A stretch of DNA of 32,000 bases from Zestosphaera tikiterensis (lineage in GTDB: Archaea; Thermoproteota; Thermoprotei_A; Sulfolobales; NBVN01): contig NBVN01000003.1 of the NCBI GenBank assembly GCA_003056265.1, positions 30,001 to 62,000 on the forward strand, given 5' to 3'. Each line of letters begins with the position of its first letter. The stretch's first letter is position 1. A program made the translations under genes and the position numbers. The notes under the pieces are model-generated. The model was given only the letters and a program-made list of their open reading frames with translations, had not been told where the DNA came from and searched no databases. This document shows, piece by piece, positions 9,826-19,582 of this stretch.

Positions 9826-10449
9826 CTTCCTCATTAATATCTGCTTAATCCTCTTCCTCCGTATCTTATCCTCCCTTTCCCTTTCTTCAAACTTCATCCT
9901 AAGGTACTTAATCGTAGCTATCAACCTCGGAATCACTATATTCTCTAAGGCGTTTACCCTACGTTTAACCCTCTGCACTTCCTTACCAATTAAAGCTATC
10001 GAAGCTTCAAGCTCGGCAAGCCTTAAGGAGTATTTAAGAACTTCATCGTAACACTTGCCTACGGCTTCAAGAGTTATTGGGTATGCTGTGGTTTTGTAAA
10101 CACCTTCCTTAACCTCCAACTCCAAAAGAGGTATGCGTACCCCAGCCACTACACGCGTTCCAACCACTACGTTTAAACCCTCAACCCTTACAGCTATGAA
10201 GTCATTTAACTGCTGTGGTGTAGTGTATGTTAACGCTTTATTTCGTTCAGTATCGCACGTTACTATAAGTTCATGTATTTTCTTCCTAAGTTCGTAGGCT
10301 TCCTTCACCTCAGCGATGAATTCCTGCGTAAGTATTAGTAGCCTATCTTTAAGTACTTTATATAGCCTTCGAGCAATCGCTAACCTACGTCTAAGCCTAA
10401 TGAACTCTATCTTAGTGGGTCTAACGAGCCTTAAGACCTGCTGGGACAT
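9811..10449 (-). CDS. atpD: A-type ATP synthase subunit D (central stalk)
   Basis: 212 aa, coiled-coil rich. It has a 'PTKIEFIRLRRRLAIARR' N-terminus and a basic C-terminal tail. It is the last gene of the atp operon, after atpB. Confidence 0.85.
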   Translation of the reverse strand: MSQQVLRLVRPTKIEFIRLRRRLAIARRLYKVLKDRLLILTQEFIAEVKEAYELRKKIHELIVTCDTERNKALTYTTPQQLNDFIAVRVEGLNVVVGTRVVAGVRIPLLELEVKEGVYKTTAYPITLEAVGKCYDEVLKYSLRLAELEASIALIGKEVQRVKRRVNALENIVIPRLIATIKYLRMKFEEREREDKIRRKRIKQILMRKSEAR

Positions 10450-10466
10450 GCTTACACCTTCTAAAA

Positions 10467-11870
10467 TTAAGCCCTATACTTAGGGTGGTACTTCCTTATA
10501 TTGTCTACACTTATTAACTTCAACTCCTCCTCAGGTAGTGTTGATAAGATGTCCCAAGCAATGTCTAAAGTCTGCTCTATATCTCTACGTTCAAACTCCC
10601 CTTGATTGATGAACTTCCTTTCGAAGAGGTCGGCGAAGTTTAAATACTTTCTATCCCTCTCACTTAAAGACTCAACACCGACTATAGCGGATAACTCCCT
10701 AAGGTACTGACCTTCGTTATACGCTGCTATTAACTGCATAAATACTTGATAATGATCCTCCCTAGTCTTTCCAGGGCCTATGCCGTCCTTCATTAAACGA
10801 GATAGCGAGAGCATTACGTCGATCGGTGGGTAAACACCCTTCCTATACATGTCTCTAGACAACACTATCTGCCCTTCGGTGATATAGCCTGTGAGATCCG
10901 GTATAGGGTGGGTTATGTCGTCATCTGGCATGGTTAGGATAGGCATTTGAGTTACCGAGCCTTTCTTACCCGTTACCTTACCAGCCCTCTCGTATATAGT
11001 GGCTAAGTCCGTATACATGTAACCCGGATATCCCCTCCTACCGGGGACTTCCTCCCTAGCAGCTGATAACTCCCTCAAAGCTTCGGCGTAATTCGTCATA
11101 TCAGTCATAACCACTAAGACATGCATGTCGTTTCTCCAAGCTAGGTATTCAGCGGTTGTTAAAGCAACCCTAGGTACTGCTATCCTCTCAATCACAGGTG
11201 ATGAGGCGGTGTTTATGAAGGACACGATACTTTCTATGTTGCCGGCTTTCCTTAAAGCCTCAACGAAGAAGTAAGCCTCTTCGTAAGTAACTCCTATAGC
11301 CGCAAACACAACAGCGAATCTTTCTTCCTTACCTCTAACCCTAGCCTGCCTAACTATCTGAGCAGCTATCCTGTTATGAGGTAATCCAGCACCGCTGAAG
11401 ATCGGTAGTTTCTGACCTCTAACTATGGAGAATAAGGCGTCAATAGCCGATATTCCGGTTTCTATGAATTCTGAAGGTGGTTCCCTCATAGCTGGGTTTA
11501 AAGGAGCTCCGTTTATATCAAGCCAGTCCTCCGGAACTATGTTAGGGCCTCCGTCTATAGGCCTTCCAAGACCGTCGAAAGTCCTGCCTAGCATATCTAG
11601 AGAGACAGGAACTTTAAAGGTTTCACCTTTGAACCTAACCCTAACGTCCTTAACGTTTACCTCGCTAACGCCGCCGAATACTTGAATTATCGTTACTTCC
11701 TTACCTACGTCTATTACCTGACCTACCCTTACCTCCCCATCAGGCATTTGAACCTCTACAATCTCACCGTATTTTATCCCAGGTATTGACTCAACGAAGA
11801 GTAGCGAACCTCGAGCGCTTAAAGCCCTTCTAACCTCTTTAACGCTTAAAGCCTGCGATACCAACTTCAA
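10467..11870 (-). CDS. atpB: A-type ATP synthase subunit B (non-catalytic)
   Basis: 467 aa. It contains '[15 protein letters not shown]' (degenerate P-loop of B subunits) and '[22 protein letters not shown]'. The TTG start overlaps the atpA stop (TTGA). Confidence 0.95.
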   Translation of the reverse strand: MKLVSQALSVKEVRRALSARGSLLFVESIPGIKYGEIVEVQMPDGEVRVGQVIDVGKEVTIIQVFGGVSEVNVKDVRVRFKGETFKVPVSLDMLGRTFDGLGRPIDGGPNIVPEDWLDINGAPLNPAMREPPSEFIETGISAIDALFSIVRGQKLPIFSGAGLPHNRIAAQIVRQARVRGKEERFAVVFAAIGVTYEEAYFFVEALRKAGNIESIVSFINTASSPVIERIAVPRVALTTAEYLAWRNDMHVLVVMTDMTNYAEALRELSAAREEVPGRRGYPGYMYTDLATIYERAGKVTGKKGSVTQMPILTMPDDDITHPIPDLTGYITEGQIVLSRDMYRKGVYPPIDVMLSLSRLMKDGIGPGKTREDHYQVFMQLIAAYNEGQYLRELSAIVGVESLSERDRKYLNFADLFERKFINQGEFERRDIEQTLDIAWDILSTLPEEELKLISVDNIRKYHPKYRA

Positions 11871-13633
11871 CCACCCGATGAAACTTGAGTAAAGTACTCC
11901 ATGATCTCCTTATTTAACTCTTCGTAGGTTTTCCTAAATTCCTCATTCGGCACTTCCTTCATCCTAGCTATCTTTACCTTAACCGGCGCTTCCCTAATCC
12001 TCTGGAGCTGCACTCCATTGTTAAGAGCTTTCATAGCTTCTTCATAGAATTTAAGAATAATGTCCAGCATGAGGACGGTCTTCTCGGGTGAGCTGTAAGC
12101 ATCTATCGAATGATAAGCGCTTTGCTGTAGGAAGTCCTCCCTAATCATCTTAGCTACGTCAAGCAATAACTTATCGGTGTCAGGTAAGGCCTCAGGACCA
12201 ACCAACCTAACAATCTCCATAAGTTCTGACTCCCTCTGAAGTATTCTCAAGGCTTCACTTCTTAACTTCAACCAATCGCTATGTAACTCCCTCCACCACT
12301 TCTCAACCGTGTCTACGTATAGGGAGTAACTACTTAACCAGCTAACTGCTGGGAAGTGCCTTCTGTTAGCTAACGACACATCTAAAGCTATTAAAGTACC
12401 TATATACCTTAAAGTGTTCGTAGTTACAGGTTCGCTGAAGTCCGCTCCAGGCGGGGATACAGCACCAACTATAGTTAAGGAACCACTTCTTTCAGGTTCG
12501 CCTAAAGCCACGACCCTACCACTCCTTTCGTAAAACTCAGCTAATCGCGAACCTAAGTATGCGGGGAAACCTTCGTCACCAGGCATCTCCTCCAACCTAG
12601 CGCTGATTTCCCTCATAGCTTCAGCCCATCTGGAGGTAGAGTCAGCAACTAATAATACATCATATCCCATATCCCTAAAGTATTCACCCATAGTGACGCC
12701 TAAGAAGACGCTTGTTTCTCTAGCGGCTACAGGCATGTTTGAAGTGTTCGCTACGAATATAGCCTTCTCAGATAACGGCCTCCCCGAAGCTGGGTCTTTA
12801 AGCTTGCGGAAACTATGTAAAGCGTCAGCCATCTCATTACCTCTCTCACCACATCCAACGTAGATATTCACTTGAGTCCTACTCCATTTAGTGAGGGTCT
12901 GCAGCATTACTGTCTTCCCTGAACCGAAACCGCCTGGGACAGCGGCTTTACCGCCTCTAGCTATTGGGAAAAGCATGTCTAGAACTCTAGTTCCTGTGAT
13001 GAGAGGCTCTATAGGTTCTAACCTCCTGGCGTATGGCCTAGGTTTACGAACAGGCCATTTATGCATTAACTTCAACTCCTTACTTGAACCACCGACGTCA
13101 ACAACCGCTATAACGTCCTCCACTGTGTAATCACCGTCTGGAGCTAATTCCTTCAAAGTCCCCCTAACACCTGGGGGTACCATAATCCTATGCTCAAGTA
13201 TCGGCGTTTCCTGTACAGTACCTAATATCAAACCATCACTAACTTTATCCCCTACCTTAACTTTAGGCGATCTTCTAAAGAACCACTTAACATCTCTAGG
13301 TAGGGCCGCTACCTTAACACCCCTACTTACGAAAGGCCCTAACTGTTCGCCAATCACCGATAGAGGTCTCTGCAGACCGTCATAAACCTTACCTATTATC
13401 CCAGGTCCTAACTCAGCAGACAGCAGGTCTCCAGTGCCTTCAACAGGCTCGCCGACTTTCAAACCTGAGGTGTCTTCATAGACTTGGATGTATGCTCTAT
13501 CTCCCTGAATCCCTATAATCTCACCGATAAGTCTTTCCTCACCAACCATGACTACCTCATAAACCATAGATCCAGACATCCCTTCAGCAACAACTAAAGG
13601 TCCTATAACCCTCATTACTTTACCTAAGACCAT
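11867..13633 (-). CDS. atpA: A-type ATP synthase subunit A (catalytic)
   Basis: 588 aa. It has the Walker A motif '[10 protein letters not shown]', plus '[18 protein letters not shown]' and '[10 protein letters not shown]'. The length is normal, so there is no intein. Confidence 0.95.
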   Translation of the reverse strand: MVLGKVMRVIGPLVVAEGMSGSMVYEVVMVGEERLIGEIIGIQGDRAYIQVYEDTSGLKVGEPVEGTGDLLSAELGPGIIGKVYDGLQRPLSVIGEQLGPFVSRGVKVAALPRDVKWFFRRSPKVKVGDKVSDGLILGTVQETPILEHRIMVPPGVRGTLKELAPDGDYTVEDVIAVVDVGGSSKELKLMHKWPVRKPRPYARRLEPIEPLITGTRVLDMLFPIARGGKAAVPGGFGSGKTVMLQTLTKWSRTQVNIYVGCGERGNEMADALHSFRKLKDPASGRPLSEKAIFVANTSNMPVAARETSVFLGVTMGEYFRDMGYDVLLVADSTSRWAEAMREISARLEEMPGDEGFPAYLGSRLAEFYERSGRVVALGEPERSGSLTIVGAVSPPGADFSEPVTTNTLRYIGTLIALDVSLANRRHFPAVSWLSSYSLYVDTVEKWWRELHSDWLKLRSEALRILQRESELMEIVRLVGPEALPDTDKLLLDVAKMIREDFLQQSAYHSIDAYSSPEKTVLMLDIILKFYEEAMKALNNGVQLQRIREAPVKVKIARMKEVPNEEFRKTYEELNKEIMEYFTQVSSGG

Positions 13634-13635
13634 AT

Positions 13636-13986
13636 TTACACCTCCATACTAATACCTAAGAAAGACTTAATTTGCCGTGAGTAAAGTTCTTTTACATCGA
13701 CTTTGCCCACCTCCCTACCACTAGGGAGGAACAGAATAAGCGGGTGTTGAGTTGCTTTAAGCACCTTCTCAGCAACTTCCTTAAGCTTATACTGTATTAT
13801 AACAACTCCCACGGATGGGTCTTCATAAACACTCGTTAAGACCTTACTAACGATCTCCCTTAACTCATCCGTAGGCTTGTTAGCATTAATAACAAACGAT
13901 TTTCTAACGCCAGCCAACTTAAAACCTGCTATGAAATCCTCCTCACCTAAGACTACGATCTCTTTCTTAGCTATAGATAACGTCAT
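13636..13986 (-). CDS. atpF: A-type ATP synthase subunit F
   Basis: 116 aa. 'VVLGEEDFIAGFKLAGV' is typical of the V/A-type F subunit. It sits between atpC and atpA. Confidence 0.75.
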   Translation of the reverse strand: MTLSIAKKEIVVLGEEDFIAGFKLAGVRKSFVINANKPTDELREIVSKVLTSVYEDPSVGVVIIQYKLKEVAEKVLKATQHPLILFLPSGREVGKVDVKELYSRQIKSFLGISMEV

Positions 13987-14950
13987 AAGCCTCCAACCAC
14001 CCTTTAAAACTCTCTCTTATGCTTTCAGGCTCATAACCTAAGTTGATTAAGTAAACAATATTAGAAAGTATGAAAGACTCCCAATCCTTTAACGTGAGGA
14101 AATGGAGTAAATACGCGTAACTTAGAGGTGAAGTTCTTAAAGATCTATCACAACTAAAAATAGGTAAAGACATTAAAACCTCCTCTAGTAAGTGAGGGTC
14201 GTTTGAAATCATAGCTTTTTCTAAAGACATCCTCTCCCTACGACTGAAGCTTGTAAACCCCTTAAGCGCTTTCTTCTTGATGAAAGCTTCCCTAACATCA
14301 TCTTTATAAAGACTTACGTTCTTCATCTTATTAAGGCATTCCAACACATAAGACTCCACTCTTAAGTCTTGAAAAATCTTAGTTAAGCGATCATAGAGGA
14401 ATTCCACATATTCCCTTAGTAGGAGGTAACGATCTAAGTCTTTTAAACTTTTTCTACGATACCTAGTTAAGAACTCCAACACTAACGTTGGAAGTTGCTT
14501 ACCGCCTCGACTAACCTTATCTAAAACTTCGTATACATAGTTGGATTGAACCACAGCATTTCTAACTTCCTCAGGTAGAAAAACGGTTCTATAGCCGTAA
14601 CCCTCAGCTAGAAAAACTATAAGCTCGTAAGCAAGATACTTAGATACGTAGGCCTCTATAAAATCGATGACTTGATTTGAAGGTTTTAATAACGCGGTCA
14701 ACTTCCTCAAGTCACTAACCCAACAATCAACTAACTTCCGGTAAGTTAAATCTAAAGGTAATTGCTCCCCTACCTTAAACTCACTCTGCAGACATGAAAC
14801 TACATCTAACCCATGAAGGACTGTCAAGAGCTCAGCCAACGAGCTAATCTTAGAATTTACCAGGTGTAGCAACCTATTTGGGGTTAATGCTCTATATGAT
14901 CTAAGTCTAACCTTAACTAAAAAAATTTCATCTATAGAATTAATCATCAA
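13967..14950 (-). CDS. atpC: A-type ATP synthase subunit C (d-type), divergent
   Basis: 327 aa, predicted all-helical. The call rests mainly on its position between atpE and atpF and on its size. The sequence is divergent. It overlaps atpF by 20 nt. Confidence 0.65.
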   Translation of the reverse strand: MMINSIDEIFLVKVRLRSYRALTPNRLLHLVNSKISSLAELLTVLHGLDVVSCLQSEFKVGEQLPLDLTYRKLVDCWVSDLRKLTALLKPSNQVIDFIEAYVSKYLAYELIVFLAEGYGYRTVFLPEEVRNAVVQSNYVYEVLDKVSRGGKQLPTLVLEFLTRYRRKSLKDLDRYLLLREYVEFLYDRLTKIFQDLRVESYVLECLNKMKNVSLYKDDVREAFIKKKALKGFTSFSRRERMSLEKAMISNDPHLLEEVLMSLPIFSCDRSLRTSPLSYAYLLHFLTLKDWESFILSNIVYLINLGYEPESIRESFKGWLEAYDVIYS

Positions 14951-14953
14951 AAC

Positions 14954-15553
14954 TCACCATTTAAAAACCTCTTCAGCAAGCTTCCTATAAAGCACTGTCG
15001 AAAGCTTCTCAAGCCTAGTTGAGTATGTATTATTAACGGCGAACATCCCGTCAGCACTTTCTACAACGACGCCTCCTAAGTATGACTCAGGCAAAACCTC
15101 AACTTTCTTAACTACTAAGGCATTGCTAACCTCTTCACTTAAAACCCTGTGGAGTAACTCAACATCTTTAGGAACTACCTTAACTATGACTTCACTAACG
15201 TTTATTCCTTGAGCTAGAGCTTCGTTAAGCAGGTTCTTAAGGGATTCCTTCCTTAAATCTTCTGAAACTTCATTTAACCTCGTTTTAACAGTCTCTAGTA
15301 AGTCGTTAATTATTTGGTTTTTAACTTTAAGCAGTTCCGTATTCAACTCTACGCTTTTAGCGGTTAACCTACGTGAGTATTCGTTAATTAATTCCGTTAA
15401 CTCACGGTTTCTTGCTATCTCACTTTTCCGTAGGTATTCCCTCTTAGCCTCATTGACTATTTTAGAAGCTTGTTCTTTAGCATCGTTAAGTATTTTTTCA
15501 GCCTTAGCCCTAGCCTTCTCGAATACGCTCTCCTTTAAAGCTTCTAAGCTCAT
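14954..15553 (-). CDS. atpE: A-type ATP synthase subunit E (peripheral stalk)
   Basis: 199 aa. It has a long N-terminal K/E-rich coiled coil and a globular C-terminus 'GGVVVESADGMFAVNNTYSTRLE', typical of the E subunit. Confidence 0.75.
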   Translation of the reverse strand: MSLEALKESVFEKARAKAEKILNDAKEQASKIVNEAKREYLRKSEIARNRELTELINEYSRRLTAKSVELNTELLKVKNQIINDLLETVKTRLNEVSEDLRKESLKNLLNEALAQGINVSEVIVKVVPKDVELLHRVLSEEVSNALVVKKVEVLPESYLGGVVVESADGMFAVNNTYSTRLEKLSTVLYRKLAEEVFKW

Positions 15554-15565
15554 TTAAGCACCCGC

Positions 15566-16093
15566 TTATATAGGTAATCCGCTTATCACGATAGCTAGTA
15601 AGTAACCTAAAACCAATCCTAAAATACCTAACATCTCAACGTAAGAAGCTAAAATCATTGAAGGCGTTAACATCCTTCCGCCAGCTTTAGGCAACTCTAA
15701 AATACCTGACATACATATTATGCCTTGATACCATGCTGAGAAAAGTTCAGCAACCATGACGAAAAGTCCAACTCCGAATATAGCAGTTGCTTTAAACCAC
15801 GTCATGTTATCTATGGTGGGTAAGACGTTCGTTAAGCTAAGTAAAGCAAATATAAACCCGTAGAACGTTTGCGTTAGCGGCATGGCGGCTAATATCACCA
15901 CTTGCTTAAAGCTTGCGGGGTCTTCAGAAACTACTGGAAGTGCTGCTGAAGCGGCTTTACCTATCCCGATAGAGGAACCTATAGCACCGCCGAAAACGCC
16001 TAAAACAGCACCTAACGAAGCCAATATCTTAGGGTCGAATGCTAACAGTGCGGAATCCCCTGCCACGGCATCACACCATAATCTACTTAGCAA
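15566..16093 (-). CDS. atpK: A-type ATP synthase proteolipid (c/K subunit), fused double-hairpin form with four TM helices
   Basis: 175 aa by the track's TTG start; an in-frame GTG lies 9 codons later. There are two proteolipid hairpins. Hairpin 1 has a glycine-rich helix 'GVFGGAIGSSIGIG' followed by 'PLTQTFYGFIFALL', with Gln where the carboxylate should be. Hairpin 2 ends in 'SYVEMLGILGLVLGYLL', which retains the Glu. Confidence 0.85.
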   Translation of the reverse strand: MLSRLWCDAVAGDSALLAFDPKILASLGAVLGVFGGAIGSSIGIGKAASAALPVVSEDPASFKQVVILAAMPLTQTFYGFIFALLSLTNVLPTIDNMTWFKATAIFGVGLFVMVAELFSAWYQGIICMSGILELPKAGGRMLTPSMILASYVEMLGILGLVLGYLLAIVISGLPI

Positions 16094-16169
16094 ATCGTTT
16101 TTAAGCTTTAACTTACGCGAAATCGCTTATTTAGTTGAAGACATGCTTTATTTTAAGGTTTAAGAAGGT

Positions 16170-18185
16170 TCAAGAAGATGCTTTCCCTATTATGACGTGC
16201 TTACTTACGTTCAACGCTAAAGGCTTAAACTCAATGCCGTTTCCATCATACCATTTAGGGAGAAATTCAACGAAGCATAACCTCATAGAATGTACGAAAC
16301 CGCCTAAAGCACCGAAGATTATGTTGAACATATTCATAAATAAAGCCGTTAACATCATGAAAACAATTCCTAAGACCGTCCCCACAATAGGCATTAAACT
16401 ATTAAAGTGCGTGTAGATACCTAAAGCTATTTGGTTGAAGTTTAAAGCCATTATATATGTGGCTAAGCCTAACCCGGCAATCCTAGAATACGATAGAACA
16501 TCGCCTAAAACACCAGTTATGTTGAATACCCATAGGAAGAGCCCAATAGCACCCATAGACTTAACCATACCTAAGATCATCACTAAAACACCTGCTAGAG
16601 ACGCGTAAAGCAGGTAAGTATATGCTTCGTTAGGTAACGCTATCAATTCGTAGTTTAGGAATTGATGAAGGATATACGGTATTCCGAAAACTTGCGAGAC
16701 AATTAAACCGACCTCATTTAAAACTCTACCTAAGTCCTTACGTTTAAGCCCTACGAGTAGTGAGAGAACATGCCCTAAGTTAATATGTATTAAACCAATC
16801 ACTAAAGACATCGCCAGGAAAGTTATGGGGTCAGCTAAATTGATTATCGAGAATACCTGCCCTCCGGCCGTGAATGACAGGCCTTCAGGACTTACTTTAA
16901 TAGAGTATCCGGCGAAGGTGTTGGATAGTAAGCCGAAAACCGTGGAAGATACCGCCAACGTCGTTAAAATCTTCTTTAAAGATAGGTAGCCTGGCGACGT
17001 AGGATTATCTACAAATCCACTCCTATCCATAACATACTTAACTAGCAGGAACAGAACAATACCGTATACCACATCGGCGAACATCAACCCAAAGAAGATA
17101 GCTAGTGAGTACGTTATTATGGGGGTTGGATCCCACTCACCAGGTGATGGTACGCCGTAAAACCTAGTCATTAACTCGAAAGGCCTTATAAGTCTAGGGT
17201 TCCTCATCTTCGTAGGGGGTGTTTTATCCGTGTGTACGGCTGTTATTAAATAATACCTTACATCCGATTCTAAGGCGGTTCTTAAGGATTCGATATTCCC
17301 TGAAGGTACCCAACCCTCAATAGCGAATAGATACTCACCCGAAAGCGCTTTAAGTAATGCGGTAAGCCTTTCTTCAAACACTTCCTTCACAACCTTAGCT
17401 AAAGCTAAATCATCAACTAAAGAGTTTAAAACCCTATTTAACTCTTCCTCCAACTTCCCAAGTGAGTTGTTTAGATTCTCCACTTTCTTCTTTAATTCAC
17501 TTAGAAAATCAGTTACTGAAGCGTCAATCGGTGGAAACTCTAGAACTTCAGCCTTCACTTTCTTAACGCATTCCTCGAATTCTCTATATGAATATCCATA
17601 ACCTGCTATTAGGAATATAGAGTCCTCACCAATGACATCCTTAAAAAGTACAATCACGTCCTTAGGAAGTAAAGATATGAAGACGTCTGGATTTACGTTC
17701 TTACCCAGGACAACGGAAGAGAACAGCATCTCGCCTTTAAACGAGAGGTCAACCACACGTAAATCTTTCATTGACTTCGATATAGTTTCAAGGACGAAGA
17801 CCTTCTTGTTAAGATCCTCTAACTCCTCACTTAATTTCTTTCGGTTATCAAGTAACGCCTCAACCTTATTAAGTGCTTGACTTAAGGTATCTATCAACGT
17901 GTTGAAACTTTCCTCCAACTTAGCGAAGCTTATCTCACGCTTGACTTCAACTAAGACGGCTTTCTTATACTGAGACTCTAAAACTTCAATTACGTTGTTA
18001 AACCTCCTTAGCTTATCGAGAGCTTCCGTTAATGCTTTCCTATCCTCTTCGCTTAACTCCCCAACGTTCTCTACGTGCATCGCCTCCATCTTCTGCAACG
18101 TAGCTATAGCTTTAGACACTAAGTCTTTAGGAACTAACAATCTGACGTAAGTAAGCTTCTCCGGCGTTGAAACGATTAAAGCCAC
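16170..18185 (-). CDS. atpI: A-type ATP synthase subunit I (a-type stator/ion channel)
   Basis: 671 aa. It has a soluble coiled-coil N-terminal half and a polytopic C-terminal half containing 'VLSYSRIAGLGLA', which carries the conserved stator Arg. The GTG start shares 1 nt with the atpH stop. Confidence 0.85.
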   Translation of the reverse strand: MALIVSTPEKLTYVRLLVPKDLVSKAIATLQKMEAMHVENVGELSEEDRKALTEALDKLRRFNNVIEVLESQYKKAVLVEVKREISFAKLEESFNTLIDTLSQALNKVEALLDNRKKLSEELEDLNKKVFVLETISKSMKDLRVVDLSFKGEMLFSSVVLGKNVNPDVFISLLPKDVIVLFKDVIGEDSIFLIAGYGYSYREFEECVKKVKAEVLEFPPIDASVTDFLSELKKKVENLNNSLGKLEEELNRVLNSLVDDLALAKVVKEVFEERLTALLKALSGEYLFAIEGWVPSGNIESLRTALESDVRYYLITAVHTDKTPPTKMRNPRLIRPFELMTRFYGVPSPGEWDPTPIITYSLAIFFGLMFADVVYGIVLFLLVKYVMDRSGFVDNPTSPGYLSLKKILTTLAVSSTVFGLLSNTFAGYSIKVSPEGLSFTAGGQVFSIINLADPITFLAMSLVIGLIHINLGHVLSLLVGLKRKDLGRVLNEVGLIVSQVFGIPYILHQFLNYELIALPNEAYTYLLYASLAGVLVMILGMVKSMGAIGLFLWVFNITGVLGDVLSYSRIAGLGLATYIMALNFNQIALGIYTHFNSLMPIVGTVLGIVFMMLTALFMNMFNIIFGALGGFVHSMRLCFVEFLPKWYDGNGIEFKPLALNVSKHVIIGKASS

Positions 18186-18490
18186 TAAGAACCACCTAAA
18201 CCTAAGACTAGCTTCACAATCTCTTCAACTAACTTATCCTTCTTCTCTTTATAGTTTTCGAGAATCCTACTTCGCTTTTCCTCAGTCTGCTTTTCAAGCT
18301 CTTTAACCTTAGATTTAAACTCTTCCTCTAACTTCTTCTTTTCCTCCTCACTTACTAAGTTCACTAGGGGTTTATTCCTCCATAGCTCTGCTTCTTTTTT
18401 AGCTTCGTTAAGTATCTTCTCAGCTTCTTCCTTAGCTTTCTCTATAATTTTACGTGCTTCCTCCTCAATATCCTTTATTGACACACTCAA
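18185..18490 (-). CDS. atpH: A-type ATP synthase subunit H (peripheral stalk, coiled coil)
   Basis: 101 aa, almost entirely K/E-rich helix. It is the first gene of the operon. The start is TTG at 18490, or GTG at 18484 six nt after GGGGG. Confidence 0.6.
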   Translation of the reverse strand: MSVSIKDIEEEARKIIEKAKEEAEKILNEAKKEAELWRNKPLVNLVSEEEKKKLEEEFKSKVKELEKQTEEKRSRILENYKEKKDKLVEEIVKLVLGLGGS

Positions 18491-18516
18491 CCCCCTTAGT
18501 TAGTTTCAAATAACCC

Positions 18517-18530
18517 TTAAAATTTTATTG
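18517..18530 (-). promoter_or_regulatory. Candidate TATA/BRE region for the atp operon
   Basis: The minus strand reads 'AATAAAATTTTAAG' in the 56-nt gap between the uppS stop and the atpH start, about 30-40 nt upstream of the candidate starts. Confidence 0.3.
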
Positions 18531-18546
18531 ATTCAAACAGCTGAAC

Positions 18547-19404
18547 TTACCTTCCAAATCTCCGCTCTCTTTTCTGATACGATCTAACAGCACGAAGTAG
18601 GTCGATCCTCCTGAATTCAGGCCAGTAGACGTCGCAGAAGTATAGCTCACTATATGCGATCTGCCATAGTAGGAAGTTACTTATCCTTAATTCCCCGGAA
18701 GTTCTAATTACTAAGTCAGGTTCTTCAAAACCGTTTATGCTTAGGTGTGAGGTTGATAAATACCTCCTAAAAAGGTCTTCATTTACGTCCTCAACCCTTA
18801 CGTTACCTTCTAAAACATCCTTAACTAGCTTAACGACGGCATCAACTATCTCCTGCCTACCACCGTAACACAAAGCTATGTTTAGGAAGTGTTCATCATA
18901 CTTGCTGCTTCTCTCCTCAACTTCAGCAATCTTGCTCAAGATGTCTGGAGGGATTAACTCAAGCCTACCTACGAATTTAACCCTAACCCTATACTTACTT
19001 AGGTAGTCGTCATTTCCGAATTCATCTAAACTCCTCCTAAGTAAATTCATTAAATGGTTTCTCTCTTCTTCAGACCTTCTAGTGCAGTTCTCATACGACA
19101 TACCGTATATGGTGGCTATCTTAACCCCCAACTCCCAAAGCCAGTTTAAAACCTCCTTAACCTTCTCATAACCTACTTCATGCCCGTAGAGGGGGTTAAG
19201 CCCTTGAAGTCTTGCCCACCTTCTATTCCCGTCGGGTATTATAGCTACGTGTTTAGGTTTAGGACCGTTAACAACTTGAGTCCAAAGCCAGTTCTCGTAA
19301 ACTCTATATACAGGCTTTAACAAAGGCTTAAACCACTTACCGAAAGCCCTAATGAAACCCATAGTCACGAAATCGAAAGCCTTAACGAACTTCCCTCTAA
19401 TCAC
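18547..19404 (-). CDS. uppS: Cis-prenyltransferase (undecaprenyl-diphosphate synthase family)
   Basis: 285 aa. It contains 'HVAIIPDGNRRWA', 'IRTSGELRISNFLLWQIAYSELYF' and the C-terminal 'RFGR', all hallmark UPPS motifs. Confidence 0.9.
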   Translation of the reverse strand: MIRGKFVKAFDFVTMGFIRAFGKWFKPLLKPVYRVYENWLWTQVVNGPKPKHVAIIPDGNRRWARLQGLNPLYGHEVGYEKVKEVLNWLWELGVKIATIYGMSYENCTRRSEEERNHLMNLLRRSLDEFGNDDYLSKYRVRVKFVGRLELIPPDILSKIAEVEERSSKYDEHFLNIALCYGGRQEIVDAVVKLVKDVLEGNVRVEDVNEDLFRRYLSTSHLSINGFEEPDLVIRTSGELRISNFLLWQIAYSELYFCDVYWPEFRRIDLLRAVRSYQKRERRFGR

Positions 19405-19501
19405 ATCACATCCACCGAATGAAGGAACTACCTCAAGTAGTTGATTAACTACCCACTAAAATTAATTTACGTAAACACGTATAAGCTTTTACATGCGGGT
19501 C

Positions 19502-19579
19502 TGGTGCCGCGGCCGGGATTTGAACCCGGGTCACGGGCTCGAAAGGCCCGCATACTTGACCGGGCTATACTACCGCGGC
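19502..19579 (-). tRNA. tRNA-Glu (anticodon UUC), CCA encoded
   Basis: The reverse complement is GCCGCGGTAGTATAGCCCGGTCAAGTATGCGGGCCTTTCGAGCCCGTGACCCGGGTTCAAATCCCGGCCGCGGCACCA. It has a 7-bp acceptor stem, anticodon stem CGGGC/GCCCG, loop CTTTCGA and a GTTCAAATC T-loop. Confidence 0.92.
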
Positions 19580-19582
19580 TTG

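Noticed and set aside
11425-13130. Plus-strand ORFs 11425..11685 and 12891..13130 inside atpB and atpA
   Set aside because: They are antisense shadow ORFs within highly conserved genes.
15882-16416. Plus-strand ORFs 15882..16163 and 16135..16416 across atpK, the I-K spacer and atpI
   Set aside because: They are antisense to membrane-protein genes, and their composition mirrors Gly/Ala codons read backwards. They have no support.
17632-17880. Plus-strand 82-aa ORF inside atpI
   Set aside because: It is an antisense shadow ORF.
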